Part shown: positions 32,889 to 45,516 of the stretch, piece by piece | Position numbering within the stretch: the first letter of the stretch is position 1 | How the letters are laid out: each line of letters opens with the position of its first letter | NCBI GenBank assembly: GCA_963796965.1 | Contig: CAWCNS010000016.1 | Span: 32,001-96,000, forward strand | Origin: Calditrichia bacterium | Lineage (GTDB): Bacteria > Calditrichota > Calditrichia > JAJRVZ01 | DNA: 64,000 nucleotides | Reading direction: 5' to 3' | Translations under genes and position numbers: made by a program | The notes under the pieces: model-generated | Seen by the model: only the letters and a program-made list of their open reading frames with translations | Databases searched by the model: none | What the model was told of the DNA's origin: nothing

Positions 32889-34969
32889 ATGAAATATAGT
32901 GTAAAAGGAGCCATTCTTGTACTTTGTATCGCTACTATGGTTTTTGCGCAAATCGATCGAACCGTGCCGCCGGCACCGGGACCTGCACCGGAGATTAAAA
33001 TCGGTGAGTCTCAAACTTTTGAGTTGAAGAATGGTTTGCAGGTCTTTGTCATTGAAAATCACAAATTGCCAAAGGTTGCATTGGCCCTTGCTTTTCGACT
33101 TGATCCCGTCCATGAGGGTGAAAATGCGGGATACATATCGCTGGCAGGGCAGATGTTGCGTACGGGTACAAAGACAAGATCCAAAGAAGAATTTGATGAA
33201 GAAATAGATTTTATAGGCGGGACCCTGGTAACATCGGCTGATTTTATTTACGGCTCTGCTCTAAAAAAACATTTTGATAAATTGATGACCCTTTTTACCG
33301 ATGTGACATTAAATGCAAAATTTCAACAAGAGGAATTAGACAGACTTAAAAAACAAACGATTTCCGGGATTGCTTTTTCAAAAGATAAACCGGATATGAT
33401 CGCCAATCGTTTGTTGAAAATCCTTAATTTTAGTTCTGAGCATCCCTATGGTGAAATTTTAACGGAGGAGAGTGTTAATAGTATCACATTGGAGATGTGT
33501 CAAAAATACTATGAATCATATTTCAGTCCCGATAATGCTTATCTGGCCGTCATTGGTGATATTACCTTGAATGAAGTAAAACCACTAGTTAATAAATATT
33601 TTAATGAATGGAAAGCTGTTGAGGTACCTTTTCATCAATACAAGATGCCCAAAGCACCTGAGAAAAATCAGGTGGCGCTTGTAGACCGGGCTAACTCGGT
33701 TCAATCGACTGTAATGGTTACTTATCCCATCCGATTGAAATTGGGAAGTCGTAATCAGATTAAAGCAGAGGTATTGAATGAAATTCTGGGCGGTGGCTCA
33801 ACAGGGAGATTATTCCTCAATTTAAGAGAAGATAAGGGATATACCTATGGCGCTTATTCAACCATGGATGCTGATCCAGTGGTTGGTTATTTTTCTGCAC
33901 AAGCTGAAGTGAGAACCTCGGCTAGTGATAGCGCTGTAACCGAAATTCTGAAAGAAATGAGTGGTTTAAGGGACAAACCCGTATCGGAGGATGACCTGCA
34001 ATTGGCAAAGAACTATTTAAGCGGTAAGTTTGCCCGCTCGCTTGAAGATCCGCAAACGCTGGCCCAGTTCGCATTAAATATTGAGAGATACTGGATGCCC
34101 AAAGATTACTATAAAAATTATCTAAAAAATGTCGAAGCAGTCACCGTAAAAGATGTACAGGATATGGCAAAAAAATATCTTAAACCGGAAAATTCTCACA
34201 TCATTGTTGTCGGAAAAGCTGAAGATATTGTGGGTAAAATGTCCGCATTCCATAATGAAGGGAAAATCCAGTTTTATTCACCATTCGGTGTTCCTGTCTA
34301 TCCTGAAGCTTTCAAGGCTCCTGAAGGTGTGACGGCAGAAAAAATTATCGAGAAATATATCCGGGCCATAGGGGGACGAAAAAAACTGGAAGATGTTCAA
34401 GATATTACCATAAAAGCCCAAACAAGTGTTCGTGGACAAAGTTTTATGATAATGATATTAAAAAAAGCACCCAATAAACTGATAACAAAAATGGAGTATG
34501 GAGGATCTGTCTTTCAGAAGACGATATTTGATGGAAATAAGGGTGTAACCGTTGCCGGACGGGTATCTACCGAAGTTGTTGGAAATAATCTCGAAGCATT
34601 AAAATTTGAAGCAGAAATGAACGGACTCCTGAATCTGGACAAATTCTGGATTAATGCGGAGATCGATAGGCGAAGAAACCATAGAAGAGAAATCTACCTA
34701 TAAAGTGAGGTTTAAACCTCAGATAGGATATTCCTGGATTAACTATTATGATAAAAAGACGGGACTCCAGCTGAAGCAGGAGAAATCGATGGATACACCG
34801 AATGGTGTGATGACACAGGTAACATATTTTAGTGATTACCGTAATGTAGACGGTTTAATGTTTCCATTTGAAATTACGCAAAGTGTCGCTGAATCAAGAT
34901 CTCGTTACATCTGTTATTTTTGTAAACATAAATGATGGGATTGAAGACTTTGAATTTGAAATAAAATAA
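32889..34969 (+). CDS. M16B peptidase partner subunit with extra C-terminal domain (frameshifts near 34650 and 34890-34920)
   Basis: No HxxEH; RLFLNLREDKGYTYG motif; continues in ORF 34654-34935 and a short tail. Confidence 0.8.
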
Positions 34970-35035
34970 TAAATAGAAGAGAGTTCTATCTTAATTTAAA
35001 TTTCAATATATATATTATCTCAAAGGGAGGAAAAA

Positions 35036-35871
35036 ATGGATATGAACCAGGTTTCAAGTGAGGTTTCTGTCTATACGGATAGGGCATTAAAATTATTATT
35101 TGACTATGGACCTAATGTACTTTTAGCATTGCTTACCTTAGTTATCGGTCTTTGGATTATTAAAGTTTTATCTAAGGGCTTTGGACGTAGCATTACAAAA
35201 GGCCAATGTAGAAGCTTCACTTAGAAAAATTTTTACTAAGTCTTGTACGTATTATGTTGAAAGTTCTTCTGGTTATCAGTGTCGTATCAATGCTGGGTGT
35301 ACAAATGACATCATTTATTGCAATGCTTGGTGCTGCCGGTCTGGCAGTGGGTCTCGCCCTTCAGGGCAGTTTGGCAAACTTTGCTGGCGGTGTTCTCCTT
35401 TTGCTATTCAAACCCTTCAAAGTAGGTGATTTTATTGAAGCCCAGAGCTTTACCGGGACAGTTAATGCCATACAGGTTTTTAATACTGTTCTTAAAACAC
35501 CAGATAATAAAACAATTGTTATTCCTAATGGAAATTTGTCCAATGGGGCAATTACGAATTTTACAGCAGAAAAAAATCGCCGGGTTGAATGGAACTTTGG
35601 TATCGGTTATGCAGATGACCTTAAAAAAGCGAAGGAAATTCTAACCCAATTAGTTAAATCAGATTCGCGGATATTAAATGAACCTGAATCACTGGTTGCC
35701 ATATCTGAACTTGGTGACAGTTCGGTTAATTTTGTTGTACGTGCCTGGGTAAAATTGGAAGATTATTGGAGTGTTAATTTTGATATGAAGGAAAAGGTAA
35801 AATTAACTTTTGATGAACAGGGGATATCAATTCCATTCCCACAAAGAGATGTTCATGTTTATAATCATTAG
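35036..35871 (+). CDS. mscS: Small-conductance mechanosensitive channel (two frameshifts near 35183 and 35228)
   Basis: GAAGLAVGLALQGSLANFAGG, PFKVGD, IPNG, ISIPFPQRDVH. Confidence 0.92.
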
Positions 35872-36020
35872 CTATCATTCTTTATTTCTATCCTGCCTGT
35901 CAGGCATGGGATGAGAGTAGATCAGGAAAGGATAAATGACATTAGAATATGGAGAAGTATTTATGACCGTGTACTTAATCTTATCGTTACAAATATTGAC
36001 TTTAGAGTACAGGAATTTAA

Positions 36021-36455
36021 ATGTTAGATAAAATTGAGTATCGGGTAGCTGCAAAGCTGGCAGAATACCATCTTTATCCTTATGGGCGGGAAATATATAT
36101 CCATATTTTCAGAAAATTTAGTCACTTTCCTTTAAGATTAGAAGACCTGGGGATTAAAGGAGATGGATTAACAATAACTTTCATGGCATATGTAACACTG
36201 TTCTGTTTTGATAAGAATAAGGAAAATTTCCTACCCTTCTATAAAAGAATTGTTTCTGAATTGGAACCGGTAATCCATTCAATCTTTCCATATAATATCT
36301 CAGTTGAAACATTCCTGGGCTGTGTTTTATATTATTATCATCCCGTTGATATCAAGAATGTTCTTTCATCCATTGAAGTAAATGCCATTTTTGATGAAAA
36401 AGAGCAATATGAATTTCAGTTAAAGAAAAAGACATTACTTATTCATGCGATTTAG
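36021..36455 (+). CDS. Hypothetical protein (start may lie further upstream)
   Basis: 144-aa ORF co-oriented between mscS and the patatin gene; no motif recognised. Confidence 0.5.
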   Translation: MLDKIEYRVAAKLAEYHLYPYGREIYIHIFRKFSHFPLRLEDLGIKGDGLTITFMAYVTLFCFDKNKENFLPFYKRIVSELEPVIHSIFPYNISVETFLGCVLYYYHPVDIKNVLSSIEVNAIFDEKEQYEFQLKKKTLLIHAI

Positions 36456-36488
36456 ACTAGCTATCATTGCTTTCGTCAGGAGTGGTAA

Positions 36489-38871
36489 ATGCGGAAAATA
36501 ATAGTTTTCATATTGTTTCTGCTCGGGATCTCATGGGCACAGCAAACGAATGAATTGAAAATTGGTGTTGCCTTGCGAGGAGGCGGTGCCCTGGGTTTTG
36601 CTCATATAGGATCACTCTCTGTTATTGATTCACTTGGTATCCCCATTGACTATATCGCCGGGACAAGTATGGGTGGATTAATGGGGGGGCTCTATGCTAT
36701 TGGTTATTCCCCAAAAGAGATGGCGGACTTTGTTCTGGGGATTGATTGGAATGATATTTTTAATGATGATCCTGCAAGGAAATTCTTACCCTATTTGATC
36801 AAAAGGAATTCGGGAAAATATCAACTTGCTCTGGATATTGAGGGTTTTGCACCTGCTTTACCCGACGGTCTTATTGCGGGTCGCAAAATATACAATTTAT
36901 TTTTTTCCATTACCTATCCCTATGAAGGGATCAAATCATTCGATGACCTGCCTATTCCATACCGATGTATTGGTTCTGATCTCATCTCGGCAAAAGAAAT
37001 TGTTTTTTCAAACGGATCCCTTGCTAAAGCCATGCGCGCGACGATGTCAATCCCAACGATTTTTGATCCAATCCGCTACGGAGATTCACTCGTTATAGAT
37101 GGGGGGATGTTGAATAATTTCCCCATTGATGCGGTTAAAAATATGGGTGCAGATTTTGTCATTGGTCTCGATTTGATCCATCCCTCCAGGGATATCGAAT
37201 ATTATGATAATCTTTTGAAGATCCTTGACCGGACTATGGATGTGCCCAGAGAGGCAAAGTTGTTGCAGACAACTGATATGGCTGATCTTTTGATAGATCA
37301 GAATATAGATCAATTTTCGTTAGCAGATTTTGATAAAGAGACCATTCCTAAAATTATCTTGAGAGGGAAACAAGCAGCCTATAGAAATTTAGATAAGTTA
37401 ATTGCTCTAAAGGAGAGATTGATCTAAAGGTGAAAAAAAATCAGGTATGAAGATTTTGGGCATTGAAGTGCAAGGAAATTCCCGAATCAGCAAAACACAG
37501 ATTGAACGAATTTTGCATATATATACCGGGAAAGTTTTGGACGAGAAAGATCTTAAATATCGGATTGATAGGTTTAACAATGCGACAAATCTGACGCGGA
37601 TTGAATATGTTTGCCAAGATGATGGTAATGAAGGTGTCTTGCTATTAATTGATGTATGGGAAAATAAGAACCCTGTTATTAAAAATATTTATTTTAGTGG
37701 AAATGAACGAATAAGCGATACATTTCTCTTAAATTTTCTGGGATTACAAGCCGGAGAAGCAGTCAACCTAACGGAAACCCGTGAAAATATTATGCTTTTA
37801 TATGGTTTGGGATATTTTAAAGAGATCCGTTATCAGATACTACAAAATACAGATAAAACTATTGATGTTTTATTTGAAATTAAAGAAAAATCAGCCCAAA
37901 ATTTTTTATTTGGCATACATTATGACGATTTTTTCAAACTTGTTGGCACTATTGGATTAAGAGCGACCAGTGTATTTTTTCCTGGTTTATATCTTGAGTC
38001 AGATCTTCAGTTTTCAGGTTTAACAAGGTTTAAAACAGATTTATATTACCCCTCCAGGTCAATGGAGTTTCCGATTTATCCAATTTTGTCCTTGGGTTAT
38101 ATGAGTATTCCACGCGATGTCTATGATTCTACCGGTGTACGGGCCTTTCGGTATGATGATCAGGGCTGGTATTTTGGCGGTGGACTTGGTTTGAGTATAA
38201 CCAAATTTTTAAATTATGAAGGTAAATTGCTGCTGGAATATCCCAATATTCAATTGGATATTGGCAATGCTGAGAATAATCAAAACGAGATTAAAGATAA
38301 AATTCTTACCTTTACTTCTGATCTGGATCTGGATCTTCTTGACAATGTGCTCATTCCGAATGATGGTCTAAAGTATAATGCCTTTCTGGAATTGAGTTTC
38401 AAAAATGTTGGTTCAGAGCATGACTACATCCGTTTCTCTTCATCTTTTGATTATTATAATACTTTTGCCAGGAATCATACAGCGAGATTATTTGCACGAT
38501 ATTTACAATCTTGGAAAGAGGAACCATTCTATAAAACCATTTTTTTTGTTGGTGGACCAAAGTCATTTGTTGGTTTGAACTATATGCAGGCGTATGGTCC
38601 CCGATTTAGTATAGTTCGCGCAGAATATCGGTGGCAATTTTTACAGGGAATATATATAAATGGAATCGTGAACACATCCTTTAACTATAAATTGGGGATC
38701 CCAGGGTCAACGGTCACGGGAAAGCCCTTTTGGGGCTATGGTTTTTCATTTACTTATAGCTCTATTCTGGGACCCATTGAATTGTATTTTACCTGGGGAG
38801 ATGAGACGCCCTATAATCCTGGGAGTAATAAAGTTCTTCGCACGTATTTCTGGGCCGGGTATTCACTCTAA
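36489..38871 (+). CDS. Patatin-POTRA-Omp85 barrel protein (PlpD-like), split into ORFs 36489-37427 and 37447-38871
   Basis: GGGALG, GTSMG, DGG patatin motifs; second ORF has two POTRA-like repeats and a barrel but no signal peptide. Confidence 0.8.
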
Positions 38872-39437
38872 TGACAAGCTGTGGTAAAAGAATAATCAAA
38901 CAATAATTGCCATTCCAGGAGTTGAATCTTTTGGCAAAGTTTCTCTAATTCTGATCCGCTGTTTATAACCTCTTCAACAAGGTCTACAAAATGGAAAGGA
39001 TCCCATGTGGATTGAGTCGTGAAATGGGAGATTTGATCTATATTTGTTTCAGAACATAAGAAGACAACACCCTTGTTGAGCGTATTAAAAATCGGGTGTT
39101 CTCCCACACGCCTGAACCAATACTTACTATTCCAGTAATCACCCTCTCTGCGATGCATAATACCATGCCAATAACTACCTGTTGTATTTAAGATAGACTG
39201 GCTGAGAGTGTGGGACTGATCAAGAAAGTCATGATGCAGCCAGATGCCGGCAAGACAGGCTTTAGCATAATCTCTGTCGTTTACATCCTTTGGGGTAAAG
39301 GACTGAGATAAGTCCATACTTTCCAATTGAGCCAGATATTTCATCTCCGCATTTCCCGGTCCTAACACGTTGAGTTTATCGGGATCGATCAACTTTGCGA
39401 AACTTTCTCCATAGACGGTGGGATTAATTAATTCCAT
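38868..39437 (-). CDS. Conserved hypothetical protein
   Basis: SHTLSQ and YWHGIMHRREGDYWNSKYWF look like conserved motifs; function unknown. Confidence 0.7.
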   Translation of the reverse strand: MELINPTVYGESFAKLIDPDKLNVLGPGNAEMKYLAQLESMDLSQSFTPKDVNDRDYAKACLAGIWLHHDFLDQSHTLSQSILNTTGSYWHGIMHRREGDYWNSKYWFRRVGEHPIFNTLNKGVVFLCSETNIDQISHFTTQSTWDPFHFVDLVEEVINSGSELEKLCQKIQLLEWQLLFDYSFTTACH

Positions 39438-39748
39438 ACTCTTGTATCCTTTTCAATAGAACGCGGATTACACGGTTGACGCTGATTATCGCGGATAAAA
39501 ATAATATTTGAACATTGAATATTCCCTGTTGGATATTGGATATTCAGATAACTTATCAAACGCGAGACGAAAAACGTCCAATGTCCATGTACAAATGCCA
39601 AATCAGGTTCCAATTCCCAATGAGATAATACTGGTTCATTCTAGCCATTTGGATTTTGGATTTGAATTGGCATTGGGACTTTGATATTTGTCATTATTGA
39701 TTATCATGGTAAAACAGATGAAGCCTGCGGGCTTGTCGCGGACAAGCT

Positions 39749-41893
39749 CTACTTGTTTAATGGTACGTTCATTTCTGTCAACAAATGATCCGCACCGGCT
39801 AATTTTTGTGTCACCCAAAGAACATAACGGATATCAACTCCTATTGAGCGGCTATAATCTTCGCTCCAGGCATAATCATTTATTGTCGCCTCCCAGGCCC
39901 GATCAAAATTTACACCTATCAATTGTCCTTTTGCATTCAAAATCGGACTTCCTGAATTCCCACCGGTAGTATCCGTATCATATAAAATTCCCACCGGTAC
40001 ATCCTGTGTTTTTTTATTGTAGAACTGTCCAAAATTTTTATTCTTGTAGATGTCAATCAAATCCGGAGGTGTTACAAAAGGTTTGATTTGGGTTGTCTTT
40101 TCCATAACACCCCTAAAGCCCGTTATTGGTGAACAATAAACGGCATCTCTTGGATTATAACCATGAATATTGCCATAGGTCAGGCGGAACGTGCTATTGG
40201 CATCAGGAATAAATTCTTTATCATAAAATTCTTTTTTCATTTCTACTAACCTGGGGTGCAGTTTTGCGAGAGCTGAACTCAATTTTTTCGATTCATCTTT
40301 ATACATTTCTAGTTTGGGATTTAAAGCGAGAAAAAATTCAAGTGCAGGGTCATCGGATTTGGATAGATCCTCTGCAGTCATTTTAAATGCTTCTCGCACA
40401 TATTTTGCATCTGCAAATCTGGAATTGTTGTAAAGGTTCGAAACAAACGCTTCAATAGTTATGTCTGTAAATAGCTGGTTAAGTCCTTGTATCTTCTGTC
40501 CTTCGGGCAATTTTTTGGCTTGTTCTAAAAGATCTGTAAGAATTATCTTTTCTGAGGCAGGGAAAAAAGATTTTAATCCAAGGAAGAGATACAATTTTGT
40601 TCGCCTGATGTTCCGATCCATATAAACAGATTCACGTTCAATATCTGGTTTCTCCCGGTTCTCAGCATCACCATAAACGGTTTTTGCGTTTTTTAACGGT
40701 GTAGATAATCTGAAGATATTGCCTAATAATAATTCACGCTTTGCTGTTTTCGCTTTTTTATCATAGACTGATTTGATATCCGCCAACACAGTTTTGTAAT
40801 ATTCTTTTCTATTTGAATCAGATAGGATAAATTTCTGAAGTTTTTCTTCCTCAGATTTTCTTTTAGACACCAGATCAAGACGTTTCATACCTGTTAGTTT
40901 ACCTCGATAGTTTTTCATCCGGTTGGAGAGTCCTTTTATCGCTGAGGCAAGGGTGAGAGCTGCCTGGGGATCTTTTCGAGAAAAATCTTCCATAATAGAT
41001 ATCGCTTTCTCATACTCATCCGCAATATATGGCATTCTGAAGCGCTCTTCATAGTCAAGATAATAGGACGTCCGATGTCGATATGTTCTTCCAGGATATC
41101 CCATGATAAAAACGAAATCATCTTCCTGCACACCCTGAGGGGCAACCTGAAAATGGACTTTCGGATTGTAAGGAATATTTTCCATCGATAGTTCTGCCGG
41201 AGTGCCGTCAGGTGCCACATAAGCACGGAAGAATGAAAAGTCTCCCGTATGTCTGGGCCAAATCCAGTTGTCTTCCTCGCCTCCGAAGTTCCCGATTGAG
41301 ACAGGCGGGATATAGACCATACGGATATCTCTCAACTGTGTGTAAATGAATAACATATATGTTTCACCAATAAACATTTCAGAGATTTCTGCCCGTTTTC
41401 CCGGATAGTCTTTTTCTGCCTGAATTATAATTTCTTTTTTCTTCTTTTCAATGGCTTTCGAACGTTCAAGCAGATCCATGGATTCATCAATGGAATTCAA
41501 AACATCCTCGGAAACATCCCTATATAATTCAAGAATACTAGCGGTATAACCAGGTGCAGGGATCTCTCCCTTACGATTATTGGCTAAAAATCCATTAGTA
41601 AGATAGTCATTTTCGGTGGTGCTGGCTTGTTGAACTGCTCTGAAGGCACAATGATGATTGGTAATAATAAGGCCATCTGCAGATACAAATGATGCTGTGC
41701 AGCCACTAAGACGTATAATGGCATTCATTAAACTCATTCCACCGGGATTGTAAATGTCTTCGAGAGGTATGGTAAGTCCTTTTTCATTCAAATTAATTCG
41801 TTCAATCTCTGTAATCGGCCACATCCCCTCATCAGCAAGTAGGGAAGAAAATACAAACAATATCAATGTAAAAGTAAGCAATCGAATTATCAT
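39749..41893 (-). CDS. S46-family dipeptidyl peptidase (DPP7/DPP11-like)
   Basis: ADEGMW, GCTASFVS, TNHHC, NWIWPRHTGDF, TGGNSGSP. Confidence 0.93.
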   Translation of the reverse strand: MIIRLLTFTLILFVFSSLLADEGMWPITEIERINLNEKGLTIPLEDIYNPGGMSLMNAIIRLSGCTASFVSADGLIITNHHCAFRAVQQASTTENDYLTNGFLANNRKGEIPAPGYTASILELYRDVSEDVLNSIDESMDLLERSKAIEKKKKEIIIQAEKDYPGKRAEISEMFIGETYMLFIYTQLRDIRMVYIPPVSIGNFGGEEDNWIWPRHTGDFSFFRAYVAPDGTPAELSMENIPYNPKVHFQVAPQGVQEDDFVFIMGYPGRTYRHRTSYYLDYEERFRMPYIADEYEKAISIMEDFSRKDPQAALTLASAIKGLSNRMKNYRGKLTGMKRLDLVSKRKSEEEKLQKFILSDSNRKEYYKTVLADIKSVYDKKAKTAKRELLLGNIFRLSTPLKNAKTVYGDAENREKPDIERESVYMDRNIRRTKLYLFLGLKSFFPASEKIILTDLLEQAKKLPEGQKIQGLNQLFTDITIEAFVSNLYNNSRFADAKYVREAFKMTAEDLSKSDDPALEFFLALNPKLEMYKDESKKLSSALAKLHPRLVEMKKEFYDKEFIPDANSTFRLTYGNIHGYNPRDAVYCSPITGFRGVMEKTTQIKPFVTPPDLIDIYKNKNFGQFYNKKTQDVPVGILYDTDTTGGNSGSPILNAKGQLIGVNFDRAWEATINDYAWSEDYSRSIGVDIRYVLWVTQKLAGADHLLTEMNVPLNK

Positions 41894-42056
41894 AATTATT
41901 CCTTTATAATTATCTAATTGAAAAATAAAAATGTATACAAAATTAAACACAAAGCACTCAAAGTAGACTCAAAGTTCTCAAAGGAAAAATATATAGAAAA
42001 TCTTTGTGCCCTTGGAGTATTCTTGGTGTACTTTGTGTTTAAGAAAAACGATTAAC

Positions 42057-43265
42057 TCATTTCGATACAAATCTAAATTGCACCACTTCTGCGCCGGCGC
42101 GGTAACGGAGAGGTATAATACTCATACCAATGCCATCAGTTACAATAACAGGCATTGAATCTTTAATTCCCATGCCGGAATAAAAATCATTCTCAAACTG
42201 TGTGGGTGTAACTGAAATGCCAAAAGGTTTAATCACGATCTGCCCACCATGTGTATGTCCTGCCAGTAGCAAGTGATATCCAAACCGGGCGGCATAGGTA
42301 ATGACCATTTCTGATGGTTGATGAACCAATAGAACTTTAATATCGGCCTCAGGTGCATTTCTCAAAAGTTTTTCTAATCTGGGTGGGGCAATTCGTTTGC
42401 TATAGACATAACTGATGCCTGTAATGAGAATTTTTTTGTTTTTATAATCAATAAGTTGGTGCTGGTCGTCAAGAAATTGCCAACCACATTTCTCAAGACC
42501 GGTCGATATCCTTTCTGCATCAGCCCAAATGTCATGATCTCCCAGGCAGGCAATTCGGGCAAGGTTTGCTTTAGTTTGACACAGAACATCCAAACCACGA
42601 TCTATATAGGCTGTACCACTTGTAACCAGATCACCGGCAAAAAATAGTATATCCGGATTTAGTTTTCTAATAATCTCATGAAAGTTCCTGGTTTTTTCTT
42701 CTGGTGTATAAGAATCTATCTGAACGTCAGCGGTTAATACAAGATTTAAATCTGTAAATTCACCGGGTAAATTTTCAACAGGAACGTCATATGAAACCAG
42801 ATCAATCTCTCTCGTATCAATATAGGATCTAATCAGTACAAACAGAAAGAAAAATGAAAACACCGCGATTTTACTAAGTGAAATCCATTTGATCCAGTTA
42901 ATATCCTGAGACCATTTTAACCAGCGGCTGAGTAATAACACTAGATCTGAGGCGAGAAAATAGGGCAGTGACTCTAAGACAATCAATAATCCTATCCAGA
43001 ATGGATAAACAAGCAAAATATCTACAAATGAAATTTCATCGGCATAAGAAAACCAGTTTCGGTATTCTCCTAAGAGATGGGCGATACCCATCGTTACAGG
43101 AAGTAAATAGATAAAAACAAAAAAGCCAATAATACCATACTGAATCAATTTAACCTGTTGAGGATAATAAAAGGTTAAAGCCTTAATAAGTCGCCAGGAG
43201 GTATAGGCATAAGGTAGTATTAAAACGGCAGATGTAATTAAAATCATTCTCAAGGCCCAGGGCAA
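42057..43265 (-). CDS. Membrane-anchored metallophosphoesterase
   Basis: N-terminal TM helices; GDLV, GDHD, LVHQP, AGHTHGGQ. Confidence 0.88.
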   Translation of the reverse strand: MPWALRMILITSAVLILPYAYTSWRLIKALTFYYPQQVKLIQYGIIGFFVFIYLLPVTMGIAHLLGEYRNWFSYADEISFVDILLVYPFWIGLLIVLESLPYFLASDLVLLLSRWLKWSQDINWIKWISLSKIAVFSFFFLFVLIRSYIDTREIDLVSYDVPVENLPGEFTDLNLVLTADVQIDSYTPEEKTRNFHEIIRKLNPDILFFAGDLVTSGTAYIDRGLDVLCQTKANLARIACLGDHDIWADAERISTGLEKCGWQFLDDQHQLIDYKNKKILITGISYVYSKRIAPPRLEKLLRNAPEADIKVLLVHQPSEMVITYAARFGYHLLLAGHTHGGQIVIKPFGISVTPTQFENDFYSGMGIKDSMPVIVTDGIGMSIIPLRYRAGAEVVQFRFVSK

Positions 43266-43416
43266 AATATAAATCCTATATTAGTTTGAAATTCCATTTA
43301 GATTTGAATCAGGCGAATCTAAATTTAGCAAAAATCAAGATATTATCAAAACTTGATATTTTCCAGCATTCCCCTTATTATCTCTGAGCAGCTAATAAAA
43401 ATGAAGGAGAGTTGGT

Positions 43417-43659
43417 GTGGATATTAATATGCTAACAAACTTTTTTTTGTGGTGCACGATAATTAATGGCGCTCTTTTACTTCTCTGGGTCATTTCCTGG
43501 AAAATTGCACCGGATATGGTATATCGTACACAATTTAAGTGGTTTCCCATCCCCCGGGAATCGTTTAACAAAATATTTTATTCATTCCTTGGATTATTCA
43601 AAATCGTGTTCCTTGTTTTTAATCTTGTACCATTGATCGTATTGATGATTATGGAATGA
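43417..43659 (+). CDS. Small two-TM membrane protein
   Basis: GGAG RBS, GTG start, two hydrophobic segments. Confidence 0.7.
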   Translation: MDINMLTNFFLWCTIINGALLLLWVISWKIAPDMVYRTQFKWFPIPRESFNKIFYSFLGLFKIVFLVFNLVPLIVLMIME

Positions 43660-43763
43660 GATTCAAAAACCACGAAATTTGCATAGGGATTTTTGAGCCA
43701 TTTCCATTCTAATTGATTAAACATTTGAATTTACGGAGTGGCGGATTATGAAGGAGAAGAGTC

Positions 43764-44213
43764 ATGACAAATAGAGAGTATCATCCTTATTCTTTAGTAA
43801 AATATTTCTATTTTTCACTTCTGATTTTGATGATTCTTGCCGCAGGTTGTGCCAGCTGGATGGGATTCCCCACTTATTATGATGTAACTACTTACAAGAA
43901 TCTCACTGATTTAAAGCCGGAAGTGATGATGCTCTATGATAGTTTTACCAGGGAATCCCTTGATGATAAAAAAATTGAGCGTATAAAACTCAAATTCGCA
44001 CAAATTTATGAATACGAAAAAGGTAAGGGTGAAAAGAATATAGAGACTTTCACACAAGTAAAAATGATTAGTGAAATGTTCGAAAGACATCTTTTAGACC
44101 GTACACAAAATGGAATCTGGTCAAAGATACACCTTGAGAATCAGAAAGAAAATATTGCAGAGGCATTTGATATTGCGATTAAGACGGAAAGCAAAAAAAA
44201 TAAAAATGACTGA
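43764..44213 (+). CDS. Hypothetical lipoprotein
   Basis: LAAGC lipobox; GGAG RBS. Confidence 0.7.
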   Translation: MTNREYHPYSLVKYFYFSLLILMILAAGCASWMGFPTYYDVTTYKNLTDLKPEVMMLYDSFTRESLDDKKIERIKLKFAQIYEYEKGKGEKNIETFTQVKMISEMFERHLLDRTQNGIWSKIHLENQKENIAEAFDIAIKTESKKNKND

Positions 44214-44223
44214 GGATTAGAAC

Positions 44224-44550
44224 ATGGCAAGCCAATGGGAAAAATTTTTTCAGGAACTTGTTGATGAAGCCGGTGAATTGATAAAAAATGAGGTGAACGA
44301 AATGCTGGAATCGGCAAGAAATGATTCTGAAGTGTTTCTTAATCGCCAGGCTGAAAAAATAGAAAAGTATTTAAACCAGTTAGTAACCGGTAAGATCGAG
44401 AAGAACCAACTTGAAGGATACCTGATGGATATCAAGGCCTTAACGGAGATGCATGCCTTGCAATTGTCGTTAGCAAGCAGAGTTAGGGCACAACGTTTAG
44501 CCCATGGAATCTCTGATTTGATTGTAACTAAATTGCTGGCATTTGTCTAA
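44224..44550 (+). CDS. Hypothetical helical protein
   Basis: GAGG RBS, starts 10 bp after the lipoprotein gene. Confidence 0.7.
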   Translation: MASQWEKFFQELVDEAGELIKNEVNEMLESARNDSEVFLNRQAEKIEKYLNQLVTGKIEKNQLEGYLMDIKALTEMHALQLSLASRVRAQRLAHGISDLIVTKLLAFV

Positions 44551-44616
44551 AATCTGGGAAATGGGAACTGGGTGCTTGGAACTTGAATATTGGATATTTA
44601 ATCGGTGGAAAAATAG

Positions 44617-44762
44617 TTCCGCCCCACATAATTTGTATTACCTTACAGATGCGCCGTATCTTTTTTCTGTGTTTCACATTTCACATTTGACATTTCACGT
44701 TTCACATATTGTCCAAAGGACTCCTTCGGACAATATTCCGTGTTGACATATTGAATATTCAA
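44617..44762 (-). repeat. Modular composite intergenic repeat, copy D
   Basis: Reverse-complement copy, closely matching 45517-45648. Confidence 0.8.
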
Positions 44763-44829
44763 ATGGGCGGCCCAACGGCCACGCCCCTACATAATAATTA
44801 AATATTGAATATTTAAATCCGATCGTCCC

Positions 44830-45439
44830 CTAGGATTCCCAATTTTCCTTTACCAGGGATAGTTTTTTATAAAAATCGAATAGGTGTTTGCTGAATTTGG
44901 AGGCATTTGCCTTTAATTCATCCACATTTGTTTGCTCACCTGCCGTATCAGATATCAGCTTATAGGATTTAAACGGTAGCGAAAAGAGGTGACAGACGGA
45001 ACCGATAGCCCATAGTTCTCTATCTACCATGTCCGCAAAAGGAGAAAGTTGTTGGGCATATTCATTGCTCAGAACCGGCTGAAGAGCAGACACGCAATCC
45101 AGTTTACTCAGCGTTTCTTTACAATTAAATGATGGATACCCTGGAATGCCATTCATTTGATGGTAAACGGACCGAACACCATAAATTTGGTTTAACTGAG
45201 TCTCAGGTTTTAGACTACCGGCGATTCCCATATTAATAATACGATCGATCTGATGACTATAATAGGTATAAACAGCTGCAGAGACGCATGGTGGCTATCT
45301 GGATACCCTCTCCACAAATTAATAGCATGCCATCATCTGAACGATATAAACCTTTAAAATGAAATTCAACGGTTTGTTTATATTTTCGTCTAATAAATTC
45401 CTGTGCTTCCCCATGGTGCGCAATGGTTAATAATAACAT
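44830..45439 (-). CDS. Nucleoside phosphorylase/MTA-SAH nucleosidase-like protein (frameshift near 45270)
   Basis: ICGEG, NMGIAG, VDRELW, KLISD motifs over ORFs 45257-45439 and 44830-45231. Confidence 0.6.
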
Positions 45440-45516
45440 CTCCTTTTCATCCCCAATTTAATGGTAAAATATATACTGTTATGTTGAATCTTTATTAAGA
45501 GTAAAGATAATTATAA

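Noticed and set aside
37428..37446. True two-gene split of the patatin and Omp85 parts
   Set aside because: The downstream ORF has no signal peptide and the junction includes an A-run; with the window's indel rate a single fused gene is more likely, though unproven
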